In this document: in pieces, positions 48,901-61,563 of the stretch
How the letters are laid out: every line of letters begins with the position of its first letter
Numbering within the stretch: position 1 is the stretch's first letter
NCBI GenBank assembly: GCA_001643675.2
Contig: LSRY02000045.1
Location: forward strand, 124,001 to 188,000
DNA from: Monocercomonoides exilis PA203
Lineage: Eukaryota > Protista > Preaxostyla
DNA: 64,000 nt
Reading direction: 5' to 3'
The notes under the pieces: generated by a model
What the model saw: the letters and a program-made list of their open reading frames with translations, nothing else
Told to the model about the DNA's origin: nothing
Database searches by the model: none
Translations under genes and position numbers: made by a program

Positions 48901-51900
48901 AACTCTCTAATCTGTTATGGCAAATGATCAAAGTTTAATGATAAAAAAGCTGTTCAACGGAATGAGAAATCAAGATGTCAAACATTCCAGCTGGAATAAA
49001 TGAATTATTTCCAGAGATATGGCAGATGAGACAACAACAATTTTATTTTGAGGGAAGCTGGAATTATTCATTTTGATTGATGGAATGGTGTGGAGCAACA
49101 ACATTTTCGATGGAAATGAAGAATTTTCAATGTATGCATTTTATATTATTCTATTGATTGTGAAGATATTTCCATCCATATCCTCTCCTAAGTCGTGATT
49201 CAGACAAATTATTTAAAATGGACAATTTATTCCATGCAGAGCAGAACAGCGAGGAAGTGAGCCAAATATTTTCTTACAAATATATTAGAGCCAGAATATA
49301 TTTTATCATAAACATTTATTTCACTCATTTTGGACTCAACATGCGCGATGGATAGAAATACGATGAATAATGAAAATTAATAGAGCAGAAATCAACGGGG
49401 TTGGAAGATGCCAAAGCTAAAAAGGAAGAATGTACAAACTCTATGAAAAGGGAACATATTTTGAAGATGAAGAGGACATTTTCAAAATAATTTTGTTGGA
49501 AAGATTGGAGTAGATGACTGAAACAGGACATTGGAGGCAGCTGCAGCAGAACAAGGAGCCTTTCTTTGGAGTTGAAGGACAGAGCATTAATTTTATGGAC
49601 CGAGGAAAGGGGTAGAATGGCACTTGAGTGCTTGGATTGCTAGTCGAAAATAAGAGAAAGTCTGTTGGTTTGGTGTGATGCAATCAGCTTGGGGTGGATA
49701 ACAGACAAAATGGACTTTGGGTCATTTTTCTATTACCTTTGCCATTACGTCATCGAGATTGTTATGTTGAGGATATCTTTCAACTGAAGATATCGTTCAT
49801 ATGAAATCTCCATCGCATCTTCGTCTTCAACAACGCCTTCATCATCTTCTTCATTTTCATCGTCTTCTTCGTATCTTCTTCGTCGTCTTCGTCTTCTTCT
49901 ATGTCTTGACCTTCAACACCAAGAAATATGAAATTAATTTCCCCTCTATTTTTGTTCATCATTTTCTTCACCTTCTTTGCCATGTTCAGTCTTGTCTTCT
50001 TCATCCACTTCTATATCATATTTTCCATCATCATCTTCATCTTCTAATTCTTCTTCACCCAGCACCTTCTCATTCACCTTCATCTTCTCCCTTCTCCTTC
50101 TCCTTCTCCTTCAGCGAACTGACTGAGTGACATGTTCATCTGAATGAGGGTGCCAGTTCTGGGAGTGTTTGCAGGGCTGGTTCACATCCAGTCGATTTGG
50201 GGTTGAATGTGGAGCATGTTTCATTTGGTGTCAGCAGCCATTCACAGCCGCTTTTTGGGGAAGAGGGGAGGAAATGAATGAGATGGTGAGGATGTGGGAG
50301 GGATAAGGCAAGAGACCGATTGCATTCACATCATCGCTTTCCTTTTTGTCAGCTGTTCAACAATCTTCATCGTCATCGTGATCTTCTTCTTCTTTTGCTT
50401 CTGTCTGCAGCCTCTGGGCAATGAGGCATTTTTGAGGAATGGAGATGAAAGAGGTGGGCAATGCAGGGCATTGGTGGAGCGAGAGATGGAAATGGCAGTT
50501 TGTGTTGCTTGGAGCAGAGAGCGAGATGAATGAGAGAGAAGAGAAGGAAAAGATGAGGAGGAAGCAGAGAGAAAAGAAGTGATGTTCATTTCTGTCTTCT
50601 CTTTTCCGATGAGGACAGCCACCCGCTGTGCAGCATCTGCTTTCCTCGTTCAGCATTGAGCACTCAGCAAACCGGGTGAAGCTGCACGTCATCTCTTCTC
50701 TTCTCCTCTGCCACACCGACACCACGCCGACTCTGCAGTCACATCCATCGGGTGGTGTCTGAAGAACACGGACAGCTCCCCTTTGCCAAGCGATGACAGC
50801 ACAGCAGCAGCAGCGGCGACGAAGGCAGATTGTGCATGGGGCAGCTGTGGAGCGGTTTCCGCAGGAGCGACTGGCCAAGCATCTCCGACACGATGTTCGC
50901 CTCCTCCGCCGCGTTATCTCTTGTCAAGATGGCCTCGCGCAGCTGGTCATTGCCCTCGATCTTGTCGGAAGATGGAACATCGGGCTGTGTGTTGGCAGCA
51001 CAGCCACTTTGTTTGGTGTGTCATGAAAGGGCGAGAGGACTTTCAGGAGAAGACTGCTTCGATGTGAGAAGCCATTTATCAGAGAGGAGATGGAGCGGAG
51101 AAGCGATGGGAAGGGGAATGGTGAGGACAGGCTGTGTGGAGGATGAGAAGGGAAAGAGGAGGGGAAGGAATTTCTGGAAGAGGGCGAGAAAGATGAATGA
51201 AAGGAGAGGGGTGTTGTTTTCGGAGAATATTGTGAGGTGGATGGAGGAGGACGATAGCAAAGACAAGAAAATGAGAGCAGCCATCACTCTGGAATTGTGA
51301 GGGGAAAGGGGAGGGCAATGGCGAAGAAAAGGCAGAGGAATGAGCAGTGGATGGCCGGGTGTGGTGATTTGGATGGAAGGATCAGGCACAACGTTTGGGA
51401 ATGAGATTTTGTGAAGAGTTTGAAGTGAGCAGTGGAAATGGGATGTTTTGGGGGATGTTCAAGATCTTATGAAATATGATTGAATTGCGAAAAGAATTGT
51501 TTGTCACATGATTTATTCGCCTTCTTCAATTTGAACTTCCTCATGTTCCTCATTTTCTTCATCTTCCTCATTTTCTTCTTCACCGTCATTATCTCCATTG
51601 TCACCATCATGTTTTCGTTTGCACCACCCAACAAATGAAAGTGTTTTTATGTGAAATCTTCTTCTTGGTTATTGTCATTTTTGCCTTCATAGCCTTCGAC
51701 AAGTCTGAGTTCTCCCTCTAATTCATCTGCTTCTTCATCTTCATCTTCCCCTTCGATATTTTTAAGAAAAGGGTTTGTAGAGATTATTTGAGAAGAAGCA
51801 ACAAGAAGTTGGACTTTGGCTGTTTATTTTTTTTGAGGAATTAGAGGCGAAATGAAAATAGTGCAGATGGGTTTTGCTGGTAGAAAGGGACGATATTTGG

Positions 51901-52399
51901 AAGAAAAGAAGAAAGTTTGCTAAGATCATTCGCATAAAAGTCATAGGTTTGTTTTTTTAATTATAATTTTTCATATATTGTTTTTTTATGAAACTAGGTA
52001 TTTTGAATGGGTATTCAATGGAAATGAATGAACATGGAAAAAGAGCATATTTGGCGCCTTTAAGAAATCTGGAGATAATAATTGGAGAGTGTTTGGCGGA
52101 ATGAGAAGGAGCAAAAATTGAAGCGAATAGAAGAGGAGGCCTTTGATGGTTTTGGAAGGCGTATCTGGTGAATCTTATTTAAAGAGAAAAGAGGGAAATA
52201 GAAGTTGATGATGTAGCAGAAGAAGAAATTTGGCAAATAATTGAAAAGAAAAATATGTTTATAAGAAATTCGAATGAAAGAGATGATTTGAATGAAAAGG
52301 AAGAAAAAATGAAAAATGAAAATAGAAATTTGAGGGATGATTGAAGATGAGTCAAGAGAAAGGAAAAGAGAAAGAAAAGGAAGAAAGAAAAAGAAGAAG

Positions 52400-54780
52400 A
52401 AGAAGGAAAAGAAAACGATTGCGATGGAAATGACAACATCGATGAAAATGAAGGAGGAGAAATGGAAGGATCGATCAGACAAGATGCACACGCAGAGGAC
52501 AGCCGCAAGTTGTTGATTGTCAATTCTTTGCAATTCAGAAGATGTTTGTGCTGTGCTGAAGAAGCAGATGCTGCTGATGCATGACAAGACATTGACTCCT
52601 CTCCCCCTCCCTCGCTCTGCCGTGCCATTGGCTTGCGAAACAGCTCCACACGCTGCCCGTTCCCCAGCAGCACCCCCAAAGCAGATTGGCCGACCAACCT
52701 CGTTCGCTCTGCAGCTGCCTCCACGAGCTGCACCAGCATCATCACCATCCGGAACAGCACCCACAGCCGACTGCACCAGCATCAACACTTCGATTCAGCC
52801 CTGCCCCCGTTGACACACACGAAAGCACCTGCACCTGATCGTCCAGCGCAGGCTGACTGTCTTCACAACTGAGCTGTTCTGTGACAGGAAAAGAGGAGAT
52901 CTGCAGCTGGCAGCATCACACACATCTGGATGCATCAGGCACAGTGTGAAGAAATCGTTGGTCTGGAACACCTTCAGCACCGATGCAAACGATGGCAGAA
53001 AGCACCTAGACAGATGGGATGCATCTCAGAAGAATTGTTGCGACAGCGCCTGTGGCGTCTGTGGATAGCACACACACAGAAGAGATTCCATCTCTGAATT
53101 TGTGATACACCTAATATCGTTGACGAAGAAATCAATGCATCCCCAGAACATATGGCATCATACAGCTCCATTATCGTCTCCTTTCATCATTTTTTCTTCT
53201 GCCCAGTTGTTATTCAGCAGAATCCCCAGAGACACAGACGCATCTGCCACTCCCATCTTTGACTGTATCTTCTCGAACTCCACCAAAAAACATCTTGATC
53301 TTCTTCTCCGCTCCTCTTTCAAGCACGATATCAAAGAACAAGAAGAGCGACAGCTTGTCTTCGTTGAACTCCTCCCTCACAAACCTCCCAAACAGCCACA
53401 TCTCTGCAATGTTCCACTAGAATAGCTTCTCCCCCGTGGATCATCACCTTCCTGATTGCCTCGCTCTTCTTCTGATTCTTAATCGCCTCCTCGAATAGCG
53501 CCTTCTGCTCTCAGATCGTCTGCTCCTTCACTTTCGGAAGTTCCATCAGCATCTTCATTTTCCTTCTCCGTCTCGTTCGTCTTCTGCTGCGCCGTTGCGT
53601 CTGCTCTTCCACCACCTCCTCCACCTCCGCTGTTTGCTTCTCCCACAACACTCACCCCGCTCCCCACTTTTGCAACAACCTCCTTCCCATTCAGGTCTGG
53701 CCCAAGCATCACAGCACTTCCATTTTTGTTGATCTCTGTTAACTTCTCCTGGCACTTTTCACAAAGCCCCAACGGCAGAATCAACAAAGCCAAAGATGGA
53801 ACAATTCCATTATACGCACAAATTAATGAAGAAGATATGGCAATTGTAACCACCGACCAGCTAGTTTCCACTTGCCATCCACGCTCACCACTCCTCCTTG
53901 CTGTGCCTAGCACTTCTTCTCCTTCACCTGCTTCACCTGCTTCACCTCTGTGTTGTGCTTCTCGCTCAGCTCCAGAATCTTCCTCTGATTCATCCAGATG
54001 ATCTTGCCCTTCTCCTGCAGCTGCTCTGCCAACCCGCTCATCCGCTTCGCCTCCTTTTCCTTTCCAACTTCTTCTTCTTCTTCTTCTTCTTCTTATCTTT
54101 CTTCCAGCAAATTCGGCACAATCGCTGCAGGCGACAGAACCACATCTTCCTTCATCAGCCCCTCTGCCCCACCGCCTCCAGCGCCTTCTCCGCAAACTCT
54201 CCCACTTCATTCACTGCAACCTTTCGCCTCCTCATTTTGTTGACCAGCTTCATCACTCTGCATGCCTCGATTGCTTCTATCGGTTCTTTAGCCATTCAAT
54301 GGCCGATGAAGCCAGCGATGGATCAGGCGGATTGCAGATTGGCAGGAACGCAACCACGTCTACTGCTGTTAATAACTGCTTCTTCGACGACTTCTTTCTC
54401 GGCAAGTCCTCAAGAAACGGGAGCATAGCCAGAAGTGGAATGGAAAGCATCACACATTGAGCGGACACAGCACGTTCTGTTCAGCTGGGCGCAGCAAGCC
54501 AACATTGAAACCTCGGAGTGCTTTCAGCAGTGAGTGAAGTGATTGAAGTGATTGCGAAGATGAAAGCGACAACAACCCGGCTGCCTCGGGCACGTCAATC
54601 CTTAGCCACCTCACGTTGTGGTGCAGTTTTTTGTCTTTAATGTGAGATGCAGCCACAGCCGATTCATCTGAAGGGTCGACTGCGGGTGCCAATTATGATG
54701 ATGGCCATTCGTCTCCTTTGCTCCTCCGCTGCATGAAAGGCGAAGCGGCGTGGCGTGATGTTTCAGATGTTTCAGATGAA
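52400..54780. pseudogene. GC-richer decayed gene fragments (mirrored at about 62300-64000)
   Basis: Broken ORFs on both strands; absent from the first repeat unit; no family recognised. Confidence 0.3.
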
Positions 54781-55511
54781 GAAGAATGAGATGAAAGAAA
54801 ATTGAATATTAGATTTTTGAGGGATGTTTGAAGATGAGTTAAGAGAAAGGGAAGAAAGATGAAAGGAGAAAGAGGTTTTGGTAAAAAATAGAGGTGATTA
54901 GCTTTTGTGAGGAAGAATACAGATAATTTGGAGAAAATTCTAAAAAGAAGATGGGGATAGGCTCCAGAATATTTATCTTAATGGACGGAGGTTGCAAAAT
55001 GTTTTGTTTTTGCCGGAGATGAGGGAAGGGATGAGGAAGCAAGGAATGCAGCGATTCTTTGAGAAAAGTGGGCGAGAGAAAAGGAAAACAAAGGTATGAC
55101 ATTTTTATTGGTGATATTATTTGACCTATTTTTAATATGATTTATTGTTTTTCTTTTTATTTGTTTGAACAAAATTGTTTTTGCTGGCGTTTTCGTAAAA
55201 CTTCAAGGGAGTGAAATTACATCAAACGATAGAAAGTGAAGGTCAATGGTGGAATTAGCTTGGGAAAGAGCTTTATAGGATCATAGTTATAAAAAGGAAT
55301 TGGCAGCGAAGGTCTGTTATATTTTTTTTATGAGATTCATTACATATGCAGCAGAAAGAGGGAGGGAAAGGGTTGTAGAATAATTTGAGTTTTTGATGAA
55401 AATTGTATTGAGAGGGATGGTGCAGACGAGAAGTGGGAGAGAGGTGAAGGAAGAGGAAGTGAAGGAAGAGAAGAAAAAAGAGAAGAAGAAAGTGAAGGAG
55501 GAGGGAGTGTA

Positions 55512-57275
55512 TTGGTGAGCGAGTCAGATTTCTCATCTTTTTGTGTGTCTTCAGCCCCGTTTCTGGCACCTCCATTGACACGCCTTGTATCTCTCACCCA
55601 GCTGACCTTCTTCAACATCTCGACAAATCCACTGAAAACAACACATCTGGCTGAAGGGCCGAGCCAAACCTCGTTTCTGATGAGTGGATGCGCATTTTCA
55701 TCGGTGTGGGATGTTTATGATGGGGGCATTGTCCCCTCGCTCAACAGCCCCTCATCTTCCCTGGATGCCTCGAACACCTCGTTTGTCGGATGCTATCGAT
55801 CACAGAATGTTGAAGTCAGCGGGAGTGAAGGGAATCCGTCGAAGCCAGGGAGACAGCAGATAGCAGACAATGGGACGAATTCGTTCACTTGGTGTGTATG
55901 GAATGGGTCAAATACAACTGGAACAAACTCTGGTTATTCTTATGGAGATTCAAATGGTGGAGCAATTTACATGTATAGCAAGACATCAGGAACACTTTCA
56001 GTGAAATTTTGTTCGTTCAATGATTGCTATGCATATTATGCTGGGGGAGGAATTATGTGCCGTTCGATCAGTTCAATAAATATTGAGAACAATTCATTCA
56101 ATGCATGCACTGCTCAAAAAGATTACGGAGGAGGGATGTATACTTATTCGATTTCGTCATGTGTCAGGATCAGTGGGTGCGAGTTCCAGAATTGTAAAGC
56201 AAGTGCTTATGGAGGAGGACTTTATCTTAATTCTTTTAATGTTTCTGGATCTGGCTGTATTGGAACAGAAAGTGGCAAAGGAGAGAGTGCTTGTGTGTTT
56301 GAGTGCTCATTCACTTTGTGCTCTGTTTCAGGTTCTTATGGCGGAGGGATGCGATGTTATGGCGTTCCAGCTGCATTCAAAATGAGGAGCCTCCAATTTA
56401 TTTCGTGCTCAGCAGTGTCATATGGCGGAGGATTTTGGTTTAATCCAAACCAACAAACAGCTCCAAGCAACAACCTTTATTGCTATTTCTTCTTCTTCCA
56501 CGATTGCAGTTGCAGTAATTCCACTCCATATGGCCACGATGTGTATTTTGTAGATAATAAGAATCTCTTTTCATCGAATAACCCGTTCTACGAATCGTAC
56601 ACAACGAATAGTGATGAGAAGAGAGTGTGCTACAGCGGAAATAGCCTTCAACATACAGAAAAGATGTGGTGGCTGAGCGTAGGGATGAAGGATCGGTATG
56701 TTGGGGTGAATGGGAATGATTCGAGCAATCTGTGTGGGATGAGTGAGTCTGCCCCGTGCAAGACGGTGGGGCATGCAGTGAGTTCGAGCATGGCGCAGCT
56801 GAGCTCGACAATCACGTTGCTGGATGGGAAGCATGTGAGTGAAGGGGCGACAATCATTGTTGGGGAAAAGAAGATAATAATAACAGGGAAAGGGAAGACA
56901 GTGAGTGTGATTGGGACAAGTGCGCTTTCTTCGCCTGCAACTACTCTGTTCAGCATATCTTCTGGTCAACTGGAGGTGGGGCATGTGGGGATCGATCACA
57001 ACGCGACAAGAAGCCCATCACCAAGTGTGTTTGTGGTGTCGCTGGGGAGCGGGGCTCTTTCGCTGGAGGATGTTGTGATCGACTCTTCGACATCAGGAGG
57101 GAGTGGAATCTCGTCATCTGTGTTTGAAGTGGCTCTGAAGCAATTGAAGGCGATTGATGTGGAGGTTGAAAACATGAAAATGAGCCGACTTCTGATTGTT
57201 GAACCATCATCAACAGGACAACATTGGGAGAAAATTGGTTATCAAATGTTTTGTTTTGTGTTCATGGCACGCTGA
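55512..57275 (+). CDS. Cassette C3: 5'-truncated beta-helix surface-protein ORF
   Basis: Homologous to C1 from VSESDFSSF onward. Confidence 0.75.
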   Translation: MVSESDFSSFCVSSAPFLAPPLTRLVSLTQLTFFNISTNPLKTTHLAEGPSQTSFLMSGCAFSSVWDVYDGGIVPSLNSPSSSLDASNTSFVGCYRSQNVEVSGSEGNPSKPGRQQIADNGTNSFTWCVWNGSNTTGTNSGYSYGDSNGGAIYMYSKTSGTLSVKFCSFNDCYAYYAGGGIMCRSISSINIENNSFNACTAQKDYGGGMYTYSISSCVRISGCEFQNCKASAYGGGLYLNSFNVSGSGCIGTESGKGESACVFECSFTLCSVSGSYGGGMRCYGVPAAFKMRSLQFISCSAVSYGGGFWFNPNQQTAPSNNLYCYFFFFHDCSCSNSTPYGHDVYFVDNKNLFSSNNPFYESYTTNSDEKRVCYSGNSLQHTEKMWWLSVGMKDRYVGVNGNDSSNLCGMSESAPCKTVGHAVSSSMAQLSSTITLLDGKHVSEGATIIVGEKKIIITGKGKTVSVIGTSALSSPATTLFSISSGQLEVGHVGIDHNATRSPSPSVFVVSLGSGALSLEDVVIDSSTSGGSGISSSVFEVALKQLKAIDVEVENMKMSRLLIVEPSSTGQHWEKIGYQMFCFVFMAR

Positions 57276-59799
57276 CTGAAGAGAGAGAGAAAATAGAAAT
57301 TCTGAGATTAACTTTTTATTATCTTTTTTATTAAAGTATCAGGTGATGGAGTGTTATTTTTTTATTGAGAGTGCATGGCTTAACGGAAACGATTATTTTT
57401 TAATGAAAATGGTTTGTTGATAAAACTTTTGTGGATGCATGAAAAGATGGAATAAATGAAAAAGCCACCAAAAACAATGATTTTATCATAAATTATTAAT
57501 GAATTCAAATATTTGTTTTTTTTTAAAACAAATTATTCAAAAAATGATTGTTATTTGAACATTCTGATAAAAAAGTTTCAAAATATTTGAAAATAGAAAC
57601 AAAAATCGAAAATGCTTTAATTATCAAGAATATTGTATTTATCAACAGTTATGATATATCAGTCACTTTAGATTGCAATGATAATAAAATTATCATAGAT
57701 TTATATATGAGTTGCTTTTGTTTTCTGATGATTAAAAATCATGAACACCACAGATAATCTTGTTTCAATGAGTGTATTATTGTGAAGTTATTAAATATAT
57801 TCGAAGTCTGAAAATCAAATTATTTTCATTCATTTTTTGAAAAGAATAAACTTGAGATAGGAGAAGGATCAGTGTCAAATTATTTATTGGGATCTGTATT
57901 TTTCTTCAAAAATTTGTTCAAACAAACATTTGTTCACAAATGGGTGATTATTCTTGAAATCAAACAATCTTTCTGGGAGTGAATTATTTCCATTATTCAC
58001 TTTTCAATGAAGTTATTTGTATTGAATTGAAATTGACACAATGAATGGTGATGAACAATAAATGTGATATTTTTTCCTTATTGAAAGTCAATTGATGTTG
58101 TTTTCCACAAATCATTAAAAATCTGAATTGATTGACAGAACGTGTCTGATCTACAAAAAATAGAATAGCCTGGACAATACCTTCCTCAAGCAAATGAATC
58201 ATTGTTGGAATAGTATCAATAATATATCTTTTGAAAAAGACATTTGATCTTGAAACACTCTTCTCTTGCTGTTTTCTCAATGATAATTAGTTGTTGAGTC
58301 TTTTCATCTCAAACAAACATTTTGAAACATTTTTCTTCTTGATCCTTATTCCTTATTTTCAGATGTCTCAACAAAAGTTGAGAAAGCAGTAAATTGGGAA
58401 AGAATTAGAATAACGAACTGAAGAGGAAAGATGGATGGGCATTATTATTTATGGAAAGATACATGTATATATATAAATTTTAAAAATACTTGTTGTGAAT
58501 ATTTAAAATCTTCTTTGTTCCTAAATATTCAAATGTCTCAATTAATCAGCAAAAACATAAAATTATTCCAAAAATGAAAATGATTTCAATTCACATTTTG
58601 AATATTGAAATGAATATTTGTTTTTTTTTGTAAAAAATGCCCATCCCTCTTTCCTCTTCAGTTTGTTGTTCCAATTCTTTCCCAATTTACTGCTTTCTCA
58701 ACTTTTGTTGAGACATCTGAAAATAAGGAATAAGGATCAAGAAGAAAAATGTTTCAAAATGTTTGTTTGAGATGAAAAGACTCAACAACTAATTATCATT
58801 GAGAAAACAGCAAGAGAAGAGTGTTTCAAGATCAAATGTCTTTTTCAAAAGATATATTATTGATACTATTCCAACAATGATTCATTTGCTTGAGGAAGGT
58901 ATTGTCCAGGCTATTCTATTTTTTGTAGATCAGACACGTTCTGTCAATCAATTCAGATTTTTAATGATTTGTGGAAAACAACATCAATTGACTTTCAATA
59001 AGGAAAAAATATCACATTTATTGTTCATCACCATTCATTGTGTCAATTTCAATTCAATACAAATAACTTCATTGAAAAGTGAATAATGGAAATAATTCAC
59101 TCCCAGAAAGATTGTTTGATTTCAAGAATAATCACCCATTTGTGAACAAATGTTTGTTTGAACAAATTTTTGAAGAAAAATACAGATCCCAATAAATAAT
59201 TTGACACTGATCCTTCTCCTATCTCAAGTTTATTCTTTTCAAAAAATGAATGAAAATAATTTGATTTTCAGACTTCGAATATATTTAATAACTTCACAAT
59301 AATACACTCATTGAAACAAGATTATCTGTGGTGTTCATGATTTTTAATCATCAGAAAACAAAAGCAACTCATATATAAATCTATGATAATTTTATTATCA
59401 TTGCAATCTAAAGTGACTGATATATCATAACTGTTGATAAATACAATATTCTTGATAATTAAAGCATTTTCGATTTTTGTTTCTATTTTCAAATATTTTG
59501 AAACTTTTTTATCAGAATGTTCAAATAACAATCATTTTTTGAATAATTTGTTTTAAAAAAAAACAAATATTTGAATTCATTAATAATTTATGATAAAATC
59601 ATTGTTTTTGGTGGCTTTTTCATTTATTCCATCTTTTCATGCATCCACAAAAGTTTTATCAACAAACCATTTTCATTAAAAAATAATCGTTTCCGTTAAG
59701 CCATGCACTCTCAATAAAAAATAACACTCCATCACCTGATACTTTAATAAAAAGATAATAAAAAGTTAATCTCAGAATTTCTATTTTCTCTCTCTTCAG

Positions 59800-61563
59800 T
59801 CAGCGTGCCATGAACACAAAACAAAACATTTGATAACCAATTTTCTCCCAATGTTGTCCTGTTGATGATGGTTCAACAATCAGAAGTCGGCTCATTTTCA
59901 TGTTTTCAACCTCCACATCAATCGCCTTCAATTGCTTCAGAGCCACTTCAAACACAGATGACGAGATTCCACTCCCTCCTGATGTCGAAGAGTCGATCAC
60001 AACATCCTCCAGCGAAAGAGCCCCGCTCCCCAGCGACACCACAAACACACTTGGTGATGGGCTTCTTGTCGCGTTGTGATCGATCCCCACATGCCCCACC
60101 TCCAGTTGACCAGAAGATATGCTGAACAGAGTAGTTGCAGGCGAAGAAAGCGCACTTGTCCCAATCACACTCACTGTCTTCCCTTTCCCTGTTATTATTA
60201 TCTTCTTTTCCCCAACAATGATTGTCGCCCCTTCACTCACATGCTTCCCATCCAGCAACGTGATTGTCGAGCTCAGCTGCGCCATGCTCGAACTCACTGC
60301 ATGCCCCACCGTCTTGCACGGGGCAGACTCACTCATCCCACACAGATTGCTCGAATCATTCCCATTCACCCCAACATACCGATCCTTCATCCCTACGCTC
60401 AGCCACCACATCTTTTCTGTATGTTGAAGGCTATTTCCGCTGTAGCACACTCTCTTCTCATCACTATTCGTTGTGTACGATTCGTAGAACGGGTTATTCG
60501 ATGAAAAGAGATTCTTATTATCTACAAAATACACATCGTGGCCATATGGAGTGGAATTACTGCAACTGCAATCGTGGAAGAAGAAGAAATAGCAATAAAG
60601 GTTGTTGCTTGGAGCTGTTTGTTGGTTTGGATTAAACCAAAATCCTCCGCCATATGACACTGCTGAGCACGAAATAAATTGGAGGCTCCTCATTTTGAAT
60701 GCAGCTGGAACGCCATAACATCGCATCCCTCCGCCATAAGAACCTGAAACAGAGCACAAAGTGAATGAGCACTCAAACACACAAGCACTCTCTCCTTTGC
60801 CACTTTCTGTTCCAATACAGCCAGATCCAGAAACATTAAAAGAATTAAGATAAAGTCCTCCTCCATAAGCACTTGCTTTACAATTCTGGAACTCGCACCC
60901 ACTGATCCTGACACATGACGAAATCGAATAAGTATACATCCCTCCTCCGTAATCTTTTTGAGCAGTGCATGCATTGAATGAATTGTTCTCAATATTTATT
61001 GAACTGATCGAACGGCACATAATTCCTCCCCCAGCATAATATGCATAGCAATCATTGAACGAACAAAATTTCACTGAAAGTGTTCCTGATGTCTTGCTAT
61101 ACATGTAAATTGCTCCACCATTTGAATCTCCATAAGAATAACCAGAGTTTGTTCCAGTTGTATTTGACCCATTCCACACACACCAAGTGAACGAATTTGC
61201 CCCATTGTCTGTAATCTGCTGTCTCGCAGGTTTCGACGGATTCCCTTCACTCCCGCTGACTTCAACATTCTGTGATCGATAGCATCCGACAAACGAGGTG
61301 TTCGAGGCATCCAGGGAAGATGAGGGGCTGTTGAGCGAGGGGACAATGCCCCCATCATAAACATCCCACACCGATGAAAATGCGCATCCACTCATCAGAA
61401 ACGAGGTTTGGCTCGGCCCTTCAGCCAGATGTGTTGTTTTCAGTGGATTTGTCGAGATGTTGAAGAAGGTCAGCTGGGTGAGAGATACAAGGCGTGTCAA
61501 TGGAGGTGCCAGAAACGGGGCTGAAGACACACAAAAAGATGAGAAATCTGACTCGCTCACCAA
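59800..61563 (-). CDS. Cassette C4: palindromic partner of C3
   Basis: Identical to C3 except 3 residues in one patch. Confidence 0.75.
   Translation of the reverse strand: MVSESDFSSFCVSSAPFLAPPLTRLVSLTQLTFFNISTNPLKTTHLAEGPSQTSFLMSGCAFSSVWDVYDGGIVPSLNSPSSSLDASNTSFVGCYRSQNVEVSGSEGNPSKPARQQITDNGANSFTWCVWNGSNTTGTNSGYSYGDSNGGAIYMYSKTSGTLSVKFCSFNDCYAYYAGGGIMCRSISSINIENNSFNACTAQKDYGGGMYTYSISSCVRISGCEFQNCKASAYGGGLYLNSFNVSGSGCIGTESGKGESACVFECSFTLCSVSGSYGGGMRCYGVPAAFKMRSLQFISCSAVSYGGGFWFNPNQQTAPSNNLYCYFFFFHDCSCSNSTPYGHDVYFVDNKNLFSSNNPFYESYTTNSDEKRVCYSGNSLQHTEKMWWLSVGMKDRYVGVNGNDSSNLCGMSESAPCKTVGHAVSSSMAQLSSTITLLDGKHVSEGATIIVGEKKIIITGKGKTVSVIGTSALSSPATTLFSISSGQLEVGHVGIDHNATRSPSPSVFVVSLGSGALSLEDVVIDSSTSGGSGISSSVFEVALKQLKAIDVEVENMKMSRLLIVEPSSTGQHWEKIGYQMFCFVFMAR

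Noticed and set aside
57993-59086. AT-rich mirror ORFs near centres (57993-58280, 58799-59086, 3846-4115, 57548-57757) as genes
   Set aside because: They are short with no recognisable motifs, and the P4 ORFs' homologous DNA in P2 is interrupted by stops. At most they are decayed remnants.
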